Below, piece by piece: positions 53,411-63,075 of a stretch of DNA of 64,000 bases (the first letter of the stretch is position 1; each line of letters starts with the position of its first letter). The notes beneath the pieces were generated by a model. It did not search any database. It was not told the origin of the DNA and worked only from the letters and a program-made list of their open reading frames with translations. Origin of the DNA: a virus (Duplodnaviria > Heunggongvirae > Uroviricota > Caudoviricetes); IMG/VR virus record IMGVR_UViG_3300017987_005500; one strand, 5' to 3'. The translations under genes were made by a program, and so were the position numbers.

Positions 53411-53833
53411 CTATTTTTTCTTTGCGTCAATTGCACTCTTTTTAGATTGAATTGCTGCTTTAACTTTAGCATTACAATCATTCATACATTTATTACGTTT
53501 GTCACCAATGTTGAAAGTTCCACATTTTTTGTTGCATTGATCAACTGCAGATCTTGCCCATCTATATAACGGCCAATATAGAGGACCTGCAAGGAAGATA
53601 CCTAAAATACTTTTACCGGTTGAAGCTTCTTCTTTATAAACTTCAAAACGATCATTGGCAATTTGCTCAGATTGTTCATCAAGTTTTGCAATTTTACCAT
53701 CCATAATAAAAACTTTAACCTGAGGTGTTGATGCAGTTTTCAAAAATTCAAGCATTTGAAGTTTTGAAGCTTTTGAAAGTTTGCTTTCAACAACCACAGT
53801 GCCTGCATAATGTTTGAGATCTTTATTTTCCAT
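53411..53833 (-). CDS. Cys-rich protein with hydrophobic helix (family member)
   Basis: TM-like segment then CNKKC..CMNDC. Confidence 0.55.
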   Translation of the reverse strand: MENKDLKHYAGTVVVESKLSKASKLQMLEFLKTASTPQVKVFIMDGKIAKLDEQSEQIANDRFEVYKEEASTGKSILGIFLAGPLYWPLYRWARSAVDQCNKKCGTFNIGDKRNKCMNDCNAKVKAAIQSKKSAIDAKKK

Positions 53834-53870
53834 TGTACTTTCTCCTCAATGAGTTTTACATAATTAGTTA

Positions 53871-54587
53871 TTAATATTTCTTACCATATTCCTCAACATT
53901 TGTATAACTTGCAGCAAATGAATCTGCATATGTCTGACATGTGCTAAGAACCCAAGGTTCATGCCATGCATAATCAACATTAAATTCAATCTCTACATCA
54001 AGTCTTCCTACAGTTTCAACGTCACTTGTAAAAAGATCTTGAGGATCTTTTGTTGGAAATACGCCATCATAGCAGGCATAATATTCAACGGTTTTTCCAT
54101 CTGGAGCAGTTGTCCAATAATACATAATGCAAGCATAAGTACTCTTAGAATATCCGCCTCCGTCACTGCCATCTTCAAGACCACTTATACCAGTTCGGTA
54201 ATCTCTCATCATTTTTACCCAACCGTGCATAATGTCTAATAAAGGAGTTTTATTAAATTCAAAGAATTTAACAGATACGGTATTACCGTAATCAATATTT
54301 CCTGGCACTGCCCATTTAATTCCACCTAAACCGGTAAATTCAACTTTATTTAAAGTTCCTCCTGGTGGAGTAACTGAAAGACATGTTGATGCCAATACTG
54401 TAGAAATATCTCCTGTACTTGAAATACCTGAGTTTCCTGTTACAACATACTCAGGTAATTTAACTGGAATTAAGTCAAACCATACATAATGATATCCAGT
54501 AACATAAGGATCAGCAACTCCTATTTTTGTGCCACCAAAACGTCTTGTAGCAACATTTTGACTCATGCTAGCGAATGAAGTTTTCAT
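53871..54587 (-). CDS. Tail tube protein (T4 gp19-like)
   Basis: SVTPPG...VPGNIDYG..VSVKFFE...W...GVFP...VEIEFNVD; downstream of the sheath gene. Confidence 0.75.
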   Translation of the reverse strand: MKTSFASMSQNVATRRFGGTKIGVADPYVTGYHYVWFDLIPVKLPEYVVTGNSGISSTGDISTVLASTCLSVTPPGGTLNKVEFTGLGGIKWAVPGNIDYGNTVSVKFFEFNKTPLLDIMHGWVKMMRDYRTGISGLEDGSDGGGYSKSTYACIMYYWTTAPDGKTVEYYACYDGVFPTKDPQDLFTSDVETVGRLDVEIEFNVDYAWHEPWVLSTCQTYADSFAASYTNVEEYGKKY

Positions 54588-54599
54588 TTAGTTATCCTC

Positions 54600-54782
54600 C
54601 TATTTAATTTCATTCTGTTTAATTTCCTTTGATCGTAATTTATTCTCTTCTTCGCTTTTCTTTTTTTCATCTTTTCCATATATGACTGTATCTGAAGGCA
54701 ATGTTCCTGAATGGATAGAGTCCATAGGAAATATAGATTCTCTTTTCTGTAATTCATATAAGTATTTATCTATAATTGTCAT
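54600..54782 (-). CDS. Small hypothetical protein
   Basis: GAGG SD, motif B upstream. Confidence 0.5.
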   Translation of the reverse strand: MTIIDKYLYELQKRESIFPMDSIHSGTLPSDTVIYGKDEKKKSEEENKLRSKEIKQNEIK

Positions 54783-54876
54783 GTAGCACCTCTAAAGTAA
54801 ACCTAAAGGATTTTAATTTTGTTCTGGTGCTTTACGTTAACTAGCAACTCTTATGGAGGATTTTTCACTTTTGTAC

Positions 54877-54920
54877 AAAAAAATCCCTCAAGATAAATTT
54901 AATTATCTCAAGGGATTTTT
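54877..54920 (-). terminator. Rho-independent (possibly bidirectional) terminator
   Basis: AAAAATCCCT..AGATAA / TTATCT..AGGGATTTTT inverted repeat. Confidence 0.7.
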
Positions 54921-54935
54921 AATGTATTTGAAAAT

Positions 54936-55193
54936 TTAATATGTTGAAGCAGGTGGTTCTTCTCCTGAAGCTGCATTTCTTTTCTGAACAGGTTTTGCTT
55001 TATCATTATCAATTGATAATGATCTAAAGTCTTTAAGACCATTCGCCAATTTACTACTAAGTTTTCGAGCTTTAAGGGCGGATGTTTTGCTTCCTCGACC
55101 TTCTTTACCTTTTTCAGCTTCGTCCATAAAATCTTCAAATGTTTCTCTGAGTGTAGTAAGCATACCATCATATTGTTCATGAAGTTCGCTCAT
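54936..55193 (-). CDS. Histone H1-like Hc1-family nucleoid protein
   Basis: DEAEKGKEGRGSKTSALKARKLSSKLANGLKDFRSLS fits the Hc1 pattern (GNKAAg.RaRk.S.kLek..KefRk.S); AGGAGG SD. Confidence 0.7.
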   Translation of the reverse strand: MSELHEQYDGMLTTLRETFEDFMDEAEKGKEGRGSKTSALKARKLSSKLANGLKDFRSLSIDNDKAKPVQKRNAASGEEPPASTY

Positions 55194-55289
55194 AATAATT
55201 TCCTCCTTGTTTAAATTAATTGTTCAAAATTCCCTTTTATATATTCTCAGGGTCAGTTATTTGTTCTTGTTACATATATAGTTTAGAAA

Positions 55290-55844
55290 TTAATTTAGAT
55301 GTTTGAGTCTTCCAACTTTCACATTCCACTGTGTGCCTTTTTCATCCTGACCGAATTTCTTTAACATATCCAATTCTTGCTTTGCATCTGCTAACATTGC
55401 CTTTGCTTCATTATGTTGTCTTTTAATAATAGAAAGACAATTTCTCTTATTTTTTTCTCTATCATCATATTGACTACAAATTTTATCAGCACTTGTTTTG
55501 TTTAAATAATTAACTATAAATTTTGAAAATTCATATCTGGCATTTAAAATACATATACCTTGTTTTGGATTTTCTTTAAATGTATCCACACTTATAGAAT
55601 CAAAACTTCCATCTTCTTTTCGGTTACCTGTAGGAATTGTAGCAGATGATCCAGAGTGAGGGAATAATCTCTTACAAGTTTCTATTTTTTTCAAATACAT
55701 CTTTTTTGCTTGATTAATCTTTGGATCATCTGGAGCTCCACTTTCTACAACTGCTTTAACAAATGCCCATACCCCTAAAGCAATAAGTCCTCCAATTGCC
55801 CAAGCTTCTATACTTTCCTCAATAACTTCCATATCAGTTTTCAT
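55290..55844 (-). CDS. Protein with N-terminal TM helix and four Cys
   Basis: WAIGGLIALGVWAFV; motif B upstream. Confidence 0.55.
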   Translation of the reverse strand: MKTDMEVIEESIEAWAIGGLIALGVWAFVKAVVESGAPDDPKINQAKKMYLKKIETCKRLFPHSGSSATIPTGNRKEDGSFDSISVDTFKENPKQGICILNARYEFSKFIVNYLNKTSADKICSQYDDREKNKRNCLSIIKRQHNEAKAMLADAKQELDMLKKFGQDEKGTQWNVKVGRLKHLN

Positions 55845-55879
55845 TATTATCTCCTTTTTATATTTGTTCTTTACGACGG

Positions 55880-55917
55880 AAAAAACCCCATATCAGAGTT
55901 TCCTCCAATATGGGGTT
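55880..55917 (-). terminator. Terminator after the tail sheath gene
   Basis: AACCCCATAT/ATATGGGGTT stem with a T-run on the minus strand. Confidence 0.7.
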
Positions 55918-55940
55918 ATTTTTAAAACATTCACCAATTA

Positions 55941-57899
55941 TTATTTGATGAAGAAATTCAATTCAATTTTCTCAACAACTCTTGTAGGTTCAAGAATAAC
56001 ATTTACATGAAATGTTTTACGTTTTCTTTCATATTCAGTTGCTCCAACATCAACGCTAAAGCTATACAGACCTCTTTGTTGTTGAATTCTTTGGAGGAAC
56101 TCAACAATTTCACCTGATACTTTATTCCAAGTAACGGCGTCATTGAGTTCAAATATAAAGAATCTACAGAATTGCTCTAATGCTCTCTTGCAATAAAGAA
56201 CAAGTCTAACAATATTGAGATCTTGAAGAGCACTTGGTTTCGCTTGAGAAGTCAATTGTCCCCACATTACATAACCCTGGTTAAATCTTACAATTGGGTT
56301 AAGTTGTTTCAAGTACATTTGATCTCTTTGACCTTGCTTAGGATTGAATCGAAGTTCCTTAACTGACTCAATGGCGCCTCTATTAAATCCTGCTGCTGCC
56401 CACCAAATCTCTGCAACATTGTCATTTCTTGGAAGCAAGTATGACATATGATACAAGGGTGAAAACCATACGTCCTGACCGGTAAATGGGTCATATACTT
56501 TATTATACTCTTCATACAGAGCAGTAAAATAATTGTTATAAGTATGATATTGAAGACGTCTTGTCATTGCTGCATTAAATGTTGGGTTGTCTCCATTGTC
56601 CAATAATGCAACACAATCTCTTCTTGTCTGAACAAGAGTTGAAATTTGTGTCTTAACGTCAGTTGGGTAACCAGCATCCCAGACAACTGTGAAATAAAAA
56701 TTCTCAGAGTCAAGAATTGAATCATCAATAAGTCCTGCATATGCTTGAGCAAGAACCTGAGTTGCTTCAGCTGTATCAAGATCTCCAGAAGCATCAAGTA
56801 AAGATCCGTCAGAACCTTTTCTAAATGGAACAGGAGTTGATGAAGCAAATGCTGTGGCAATACTTGTGTCAGCTTTCTTAACAAGATATGTCGCATCTGC
56901 AGAATCATCAAAGTTTACAGTGTCACCTTCCCATCCTCTTGAAGCTGCGTCAAGGTCTCTGCCATTATAAATTTCAGCAACCTCTCCGTCAACTCCAGCA
57001 GCAAGTCCTATCCAACCCCAAATCTTATTTCCTCGACTGTCTTTAGCTGAAATCATAAATTCAGCATTTCCAGTTGCAGGACTTGTTTGGTAATCAGTAA
57101 AGTCTTGTTTATTATCTGCAATTTCTGCAGAACCGGGTGTTAAGTCAACAGTTGTAAGACCAATGTCTTTATCATAAATCTTTGCAACTAATTTATAACC
57201 ATCTGTGTACTCTTCATTTGAAAGTTGCATTTGCCATTTAAGCAATCCTGAATAAAGATCAAGAACTTCTCCGATATAAATTGAAGAACCTGTATCATCC
57301 ATTGCTTTTGGATTGAATGAAACTTCAAATGATTCAATAATTTGATCATCACCGTCTGACTGTTTTTCATAAACATCAAGAACATAAACGTCACTGATCA
57401 TTGGATTTGCCACTTCAGTTAAACGAATACCCAATTTATTATAATACTGACCTCGGCCAATTGGATATAAGAAACCTAATGGATAAGTTGGCGCTGAAGA
57501 TTCCAAGTTTGTAATAATTTCAGCTTCTGAATTTAGACTGTCAACATAAGTAAGTTCAATGGCACATGTTGCATCACTTGCGCCCATGACAGCGTCAATT
57601 CTTAAATTTGCATATGCTGCATCATCAGGTAATGGACGCATTACATATATAGCGCCTGATTCTCCAAGGAAATTATAAGCTTCATATAGTCCTTGTCCAT
57701 AACCTTTTCCATACGTAGCAATGTTTGGTTCACCAAATTCAGATACAAGTTCTTGTCGAGAACCTATGAATTTTAGTTTATTGTCTTCACCTTTTTCAGC
57801 GAGAAAACAAATACAACCAATTGTAGAAGGAACTTCAGCTACATATGCTGACAAGTCGATAATTTTAGTATAAACGCCCGGACTGATATTACTTCCCAT
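55941..57899 (-). CDS. Contractile tail sheath protein (T4 gp18-like)
   Basis: SPGVYTKIID, WWAAAGFNRG, LNPIV, LNIVRLV, FELND...W. Confidence 0.93.
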   Translation of the reverse strand: MGSNISPGVYTKIIDLSAYVAEVPSTIGCICFLAEKGEDNKLKFIGSRQELVSEFGEPNIATYGKGYGQGLYEAYNFLGESGAIYVMRPLPDDAAYANLRIDAVMGASDATCAIELTYVDSLNSEAEIITNLESSAPTYPLGFLYPIGRGQYYNKLGIRLTEVANPMISDVYVLDVYEKQSDGDDQIIESFEVSFNPKAMDDTGSSIYIGEVLDLYSGLLKWQMQLSNEEYTDGYKLVAKIYDKDIGLTTVDLTPGSAEIADNKQDFTDYQTSPATGNAEFMISAKDSRGNKIWGWIGLAAGVDGEVAEIYNGRDLDAASRGWEGDTVNFDDSADATYLVKKADTSIATAFASSTPVPFRKGSDGSLLDASGDLDTAEATQVLAQAYAGLIDDSILDSENFYFTVVWDAGYPTDVKTQISTLVQTRRDCVALLDNGDNPTFNAAMTRRLQYHTYNNYFTALYEEYNKVYDPFTGQDVWFSPLYHMSYLLPRNDNVAEIWWAAAGFNRGAIESVKELRFNPKQGQRDQMYLKQLNPIVRFNQGYVMWGQLTSQAKPSALQDLNIVRLVLYCKRALEQFCRFFIFELNDAVTWNKVSGEIVEFLQRIQQQRGLYSFSVDVGATEYERKRKTFHVNVILEPTRVVEKIELNFFIK

Positions 57900-58027
57900 A
57901 ATACTATTCTCCTAATATTTAAGTGTTAAAATGAGAGTCTCTATAAAATTTAGTATTTACTATTCTATCTATAGAGAATAGTACAGTTGACTTCCTTAAG
58001 TAAGTGAATTTGTCTTATAATTAATTT

Positions 58028-58888
58028 TTATACAATAGAAATAACTTTTTGTATAATCTCATTTATATTAGGAATATTATCTATAAACCTAATAACTTTC
58101 CAACCTTCATTTTCAATTAATAATTGTCTTTTCTTATCATATTGTTTATCTTGATGCCAATAACTATCATCATATTCAATTGCTATCATTTCACTTGGAA
58201 TTGCAATATCAATTGAAAAATTTAAACATGGATATTCTAGTTTAGTATCATTAAAATAATTAGAAATTATTTTAAATAATTTAAGTTGAGGTTTGGAAAT
58301 TTTAGTAACTCCAGCTCTAGCAGCTAAAAATCCTCCATTTAACATATAATCTCTTTGGTTGTTTCTAAATTCACTTGTCTTTTGATAACAAGGTGTTCCA
58401 TATTTCACCATACATGTATTTCGAGCCTTTAATAAACTTTCTTCACTATGCTTTTTTCCATAAAATGGATTTTTATCTCCTATTAATTTTTTCCCTCTCT
58501 TAGATAAATTACTCTTTAATTTATTTGCTTTATCAAATCCAAATTGTTGTTCATATGTCTTCCCTTTATTAGGATGAACAGAATTTGGTTGATTCAACCA
58601 ATGTTTATCTCCAAGTTTATTTTTTGAAGACTTGTCTTTGAACTTACTAGAATTACACATACATTTAACAGAGCAATATTTATGATGACCAACTACAAGA
58701 TTAACCCATTTTGTATATTGGTTGCATCCTTTATAGTTTCCATAATTTAAACAAATATCATCACCATCATTCTTTATATATTTATCATAATATTCTTTTG
58801 ATTTAATATTATGAATTCTTAAATGACTTGTTAATGCTTTTAAACTTTTGAATTCTTTTCTGCAAATCTTGCATGTAATTATTTTCAT
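58028..58888 (-). mobile_element. Free-standing homing endonuclease (C2H2 finger, NUMOD3-like repeats, DUF559/Vsr-like PD-(D/E)XK domain)
   Basis: CKICRKEFKSLKALTSHLRIH; NPFYGKKHSEES; IDIAI...IEYDDSYWH...GWKVIRF; start moved to ATG 58888 (GGGAG SD). Confidence 0.8.
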
Positions 58889-58976
58889 TTTAATTTCTCC
58901 CGTTAGAAATATTAAAAATGGGTAAGAGAAATAAAACGGGTATTTCTCAAGGTGGCCAGACCCTGTCCCCATTATT

Positions 58977-59672
58977 TTAAAAATATAAGTACCATACGAA
59001 GATAAGTTGCCTATTTGTATTCTTCACAATGGTTGGAAATGTGACTCTACTAAATAAATGAAACGGTCCTGAACTTCCTCCTGCTGTACTCGGAGATGTG
59101 AAAAGACCCGCTTCACTTAATTGATTTCCATTAGCATCCAAAGACCCAAGCGTAATTACGACTCTTGCAAGTAACCATGAATTTGAATTCTCAGGATCTT
59201 GCTCAAAAGTTATATTGTCGAAGGGATGCTTATAATAATACCCATCATGAAAATCTGCACAAGTGGCGTCCGTCGCATTAATTCCTACTGCATCATCTAA
59301 ATCTGTGTCTTCATTAGTGGGAGATACTGGATCAAAAGGATCCCCAGGAAGTGTTCCGCCAACTCCAACTCCAAACCAACTTATAAATTCATCATGTGTC
59401 GGAGTTATATTTCCATTTGCGGTTTTGGTTGCTCTAACTGCTAACCATTCTCTTCCTAAATATACCACTAAATTATGTTTACCAAGGAGCTTCATTTTAT
59501 CATCATCAGTTGCTTCATATATTTCGACAAATCCTTGGGGTGTTTTTCCGGAAGGACTAGGTTCTCCGTTCAAAGGAACATGATCCATAAGACAATTGTC
59601 CCCATAACGTTCTTCAACGCTGACAACGAGATCCTTATCTCCCTGACAAAGTTCTTTTGTATTTTCATCCAT
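58977..59672 (-). CDS. Tail fibre attachment/baseplate protein
   Basis: ANGNQLSEAGLF...LFSRVTFPTIVK...FVW. Confidence 0.6.
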   Translation of the reverse strand: MDENTKELCQGDKDLVVSVEERYGDNCLMDHVPLNGEPSPSGKTPQGFVEIYEATDDDKMKLLGKHNLVVYLGREWLAVRATKTANGNITPTHDEFISWFGVGVGGTLPGDPFDPVSPTNEDTDLDDAVGINATDATCADFHDGYYYKHPFDNITFEQDPENSNSWLLARVVITLGSLDANGNQLSEAGLFTSPSTAGGSSGPFHLFSRVTFPTIVKNTNRQLIFVWYLYF

Positions 59673-59767
59673 TGGTTAAACATCCTTATTACGGTAGATT
59701 ATTATGTTTATTATTTGTTCTTAAAAAAAACTGAAAACGGTAAATATTTTTAATATAAAAAATATTA

Positions 59768-59782
59768 GTATATATATTAATT
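59768..59782 (+). promoter_or_regulatory. Putative promoter (motif A) for the RAMP operon, divergent from the structural operon
   Basis: GTATATATATTAATT in an AT-rich gap. Confidence 0.5.
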
Positions 59783-59896
59783 ATTAGTATAAGTATTATT
59801 ATATAGTTTATTTTTATTTATTTATTTTTTAAAAGTCTAAACTTATCAAAGCACATAGGTGCTAATAGGATTATTTGGACGAGAAAGGAGTCAATC

Positions 59897-60772
59897 GTGG
59901 CAAAAGCAGCAGATGAAAAGAAAACAGCAGCATCAAAGACAGCACCGAAACGTAAAACAAAAAGTGAACGTGAAAAAGAACTTGACAAAATGGTCAGGGG
60001 ATTTAAACCTTACTATGTTGATGTTACCGGTGAATACATTTCAACAATTTCGGGTTCCCGCCCTGAGGATACTGCTAAACTTATCAGTAAACCCTCAAAG
60101 ACAGTCAATGAAGAGCTTCATAAAATTATGAAAGCTCAGGTTGAACTCTGCCTGCAAAAGGGAGATATTGAAGGAGCAACTGCGGCAGTAGATGCTTTCC
60201 AGAACTCTGGAAATGATTTTTCAAATCCCCTTCATGTTTTTCAACGGGATGAACAATGTGGCAGAAGACCTTTTCAAGGAGCTTATATGTTCTTTGGTGC
60301 CTTCCGAGATACTATAAAGATGGCATATCCCAAAGACTTTAATATCTATATTAAGGTTAAAAATACATCCGGACCAAGTATAAAGCACTTAAGAAAGTCT
60401 GTGCGAGTTGCCCCGGATCATATTTTCCTCATGAAAGATGAGGATAATTACATGGAAGAAAGTGATATTGTTATTGAAAATCAGCACCCTGTTCCTCCAG
60501 ACGTTAAGGGTTTCTCTCGTTTTGAGATTCTCCCAAAAGGAGCTATTGTGAAATACCGACTTGAAGTTCACAGCTGTACTCAATTCAATGCACTTGCTGA
60601 TCTCGAGCTTGTTAAGAAAGTGATTATCCAAAGTGCCCTTCACGGAATTGGCTCACGACGAGCTTCCGGTTATGGCCAATGGAAAGTTAAAAAGATTGAA
60701 TTCCATGAGATGGCAGCAATGGAGGGAAGCGATGGACAAAAAGAGGATGAAGACGTCAGCAAGGCTGCGTAA
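59897..60772 (+). CDS. Stand-alone Cas7/Csm3-group RAMP protein (putative RNA-guided effector, Vipr-like)
   Basis: RAMP motif order: beta1 YVDVTGEYISTISGS; FQRDEQCGRRPFQGAYMFFGAFRD (P.ipgsslkGalR-like); FEILPKGAIVKYRLEV; C-terminal G-loop HGIGSRRASGYGQWKV; GTG start after AAGGAG; no other cas genes in the window. Confidence 0.85.
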   Translation: MAKAADEKKTAASKTAPKRKTKSEREKELDKMVRGFKPYYVDVTGEYISTISGSRPEDTAKLISKPSKTVNEELHKIMKAQVELCLQKGDIEGATAAVDAFQNSGNDFSNPLHVFQRDEQCGRRPFQGAYMFFGAFRDTIKMAYPKDFNIYIKVKNTSGPSIKHLRKSVRVAPDHIFLMKDEDNYMEESDIVIENQHPVPPDVKGFSRFEILPKGAIVKYRLEVHSCTQFNALADLELVKKVIIQSALHGIGSRRASGYGQWKVKKIEFHEMAAMEGSDGQKEDEDVSKAA

Positions 60773-60797
60773 AACAGTAGCGAGAGGAGGAAATATT

Positions 60798-61013
60798 ATG
60801 GCAAAAGGAATGGCCGATATGATGGTCGAAACTGCGGAGAAACTTCTTGATGGAGAGGTTCCTTTAAAGACTGGTGAAGTCGTTGCCAAAGTAGGTAATA
60901 TACATCAGCTTGAACGCAAAAGAGATCATGATGCTCACGATCGTGGATTAAATGATGAAAATCTTAAAGGTTTTCAAAAGATTTGTAAACAATCTACGAA
61001 AAAGAAAAGATAG
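60798..61013 (+). CDS. 71-aa protein co-transcribed with the RAMP gene
   Basis: GAGGAGG SD before ATG 60798; MAKGMADMMVETAEKLL...KKKR. Confidence 0.7.
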   Translation: MAKGMADMMVETAEKLLDGEVPLKTGEVVAKVGNIHQLERKRDHDAHDRGLNDENLKGFQKICKQSTKKKR

Positions 61014-61023
61014 CAAATGGATA

Positions 61024-61050
61024 ATGGGGCGAGTTATGAGATCGCCCCAT
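61024..61050 (+). promoter_or_regulatory. GC-rich hairpin between the ORFs and the array (terminator/processing/leader)
   Basis: ATGGGGCGA-9nt-TCGCCCCAT. Confidence 0.6.
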
Positions 61051-63028
61051 CCATGGAATATAGTTATATTTATTCCTCTTTCATGGTTTTCTTTTATATT
61101 TAATAGAATGCATAATATATCGAATCCGATCCTATGACATTCTATGTTGTATAATAGAATCCGACGCAATCACATTTTATTCACTAAAATGGGTTGAAGT
61201 TTAACCCATTTGCAATGTGAGCTATGATGCAACCGAATGAAATCATATTAAATAATCTAATAATTTAATTTAATTTGGTTAAATATTTTGTTTTGGTGTA
61301 GAATGTTATTCCATATTATTAATTTTAAATTCCTTACGTTATGATATAATTCAATTTTATTTGATTCGATTTACATATGTAATATTATTTTATGGGACAG
61401 CATCCATTTCAGTTGGATAAAATTCGATATACTATAAAACTTAATTGATTAGCACGTAATTCAATATAATTCCATCCGATCCATTTTTAAAGCAATTCGA
61501 CACAGTACGATCCGGTCGAATAAGTTGTAATTCAATCATATGCATTATTTTATTTAATGCTGTGAAGTATAATTGAATAAAATGGTATTCATAATTCAAT
61601 GCGATGATAAAGAATGCGGTCCTGTCTCATTGAGTCGAATAGAATGGAATTACCTTTTAACTTAAACTTATTTCAACATGAACATATTCAATGCGATATA
61701 ATGCACAATATTATCTCATCCTATTCAGTGCGAAACTATTGAATAAGTTCCTATCCAATGAAATTCACAATTAAATAATGTATGGTAGCTTGTTTTGCTA
61801 TGCGATTATATTTCATCCATAAGTTTTACAATGCCAATAAATAAAATATGCAGTAAAATAGGCATTGAGAGCTTTTGATTTTATGTCATTTTAATCAGTT
61901 AAATCGAATGTCATTCATAAAAGAATATTATTCGTTATCGTATGGTGTGATTCAATTTAATGCTATGTTATCAGATTCACAATAATATACAATGCAAAGA
62001 TTTCCTAAGAGATCCAATATAATTCCGTAAATCGTAAGATTCTTTGCGACTCATTTTAATTCGTTATGGCGCCGTTGAATAACATAATATTCTCTATTCT
62101 ATTTTACCGGTTACGTTCCTATTTGGTAAAATGGTATTTTATTTGATTCAATGATATTTACTTTGTAATACAATGCAAATATGTTCAATACTATGCGTTG
62201 CTATGCGATCCTATTCATTATACATTCAATTTAATACAATATTTTATAATTGAATAAGGTCTTATAAACTTTTTAATCTTACCCGTTCCTATTTAATACC
62301 ATTTAATTCTATAAATTATTCAACTGGTTAGTATGGGGTATTATGGTTTGTAATTACGTAAAATTGTATACATACGTAATATTGATCACTGTATAATTGG
62401 GTATAATACAATACAATCTATATTTCACTGAATTGACTTTTAACGTATCATGCAGTATTATACAATTATGTTCAATTAAATAATGTTTTATGTATTATGA
62501 TATGGAATAAAGTAATGTAGAAAGAAATCCTATCTGATAGCATTTTATACAATCTATATTTGAATTATATCCATTATAATACAGTTCAATGCGATACAAT
62601 ATAATTAAATTTCATTAATGATTCAATGTTACCGGTTTCGATACAATTTGTTAAATTATTATAAATAATTTGATCAGATCGAATTTAATCAAGCATTTCT
62701 TCTTAATATCTGATTGAATGCTATTCAATATATGATGGATGCGACGCCATTCCTTTGAATATTATGAAATAGTATATTATTCATTATTTAATTAGGTATA
62801 ACAACTTTCAATTTTATATTATATCATTCGATAAAATGAACGTTTTAATTGAATCTATTTCTATACGAAGCCGTTCCATGCTATTTTATGCGATGTCATA
62901 GATCTTTTAATTAGATGCTATGCATTTCCATTGATTGGTACCGAATTCTTTACATTTCATTCCAATTCTATCGAATAAATATCTTATATATTTTATGTTA
63001 ACTTTTTACTAAATTTAACTAAATAAAT

Positions 63029-63075
63029 AAATAAGGAATATAATAAAATTAACTAAAAAATAACAAACCTTATTT
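63029..63075 (+). repeat. 47-nt non-periodic element, copy 1
   Basis: AAATAAGGAATATAATAAAATTAA...CAAACCTTATTT; near-identical copy at 63551-63597; terminal AAATAAGG/CCTTATTT inverted repeat. Confidence 0.8.

Noticed and set aside
60633-60797. 126-aa version of the ORF after the RAMP gene
   Set aside because: Overlaps the RAMP gene; the strong SD supports ATG 60798.
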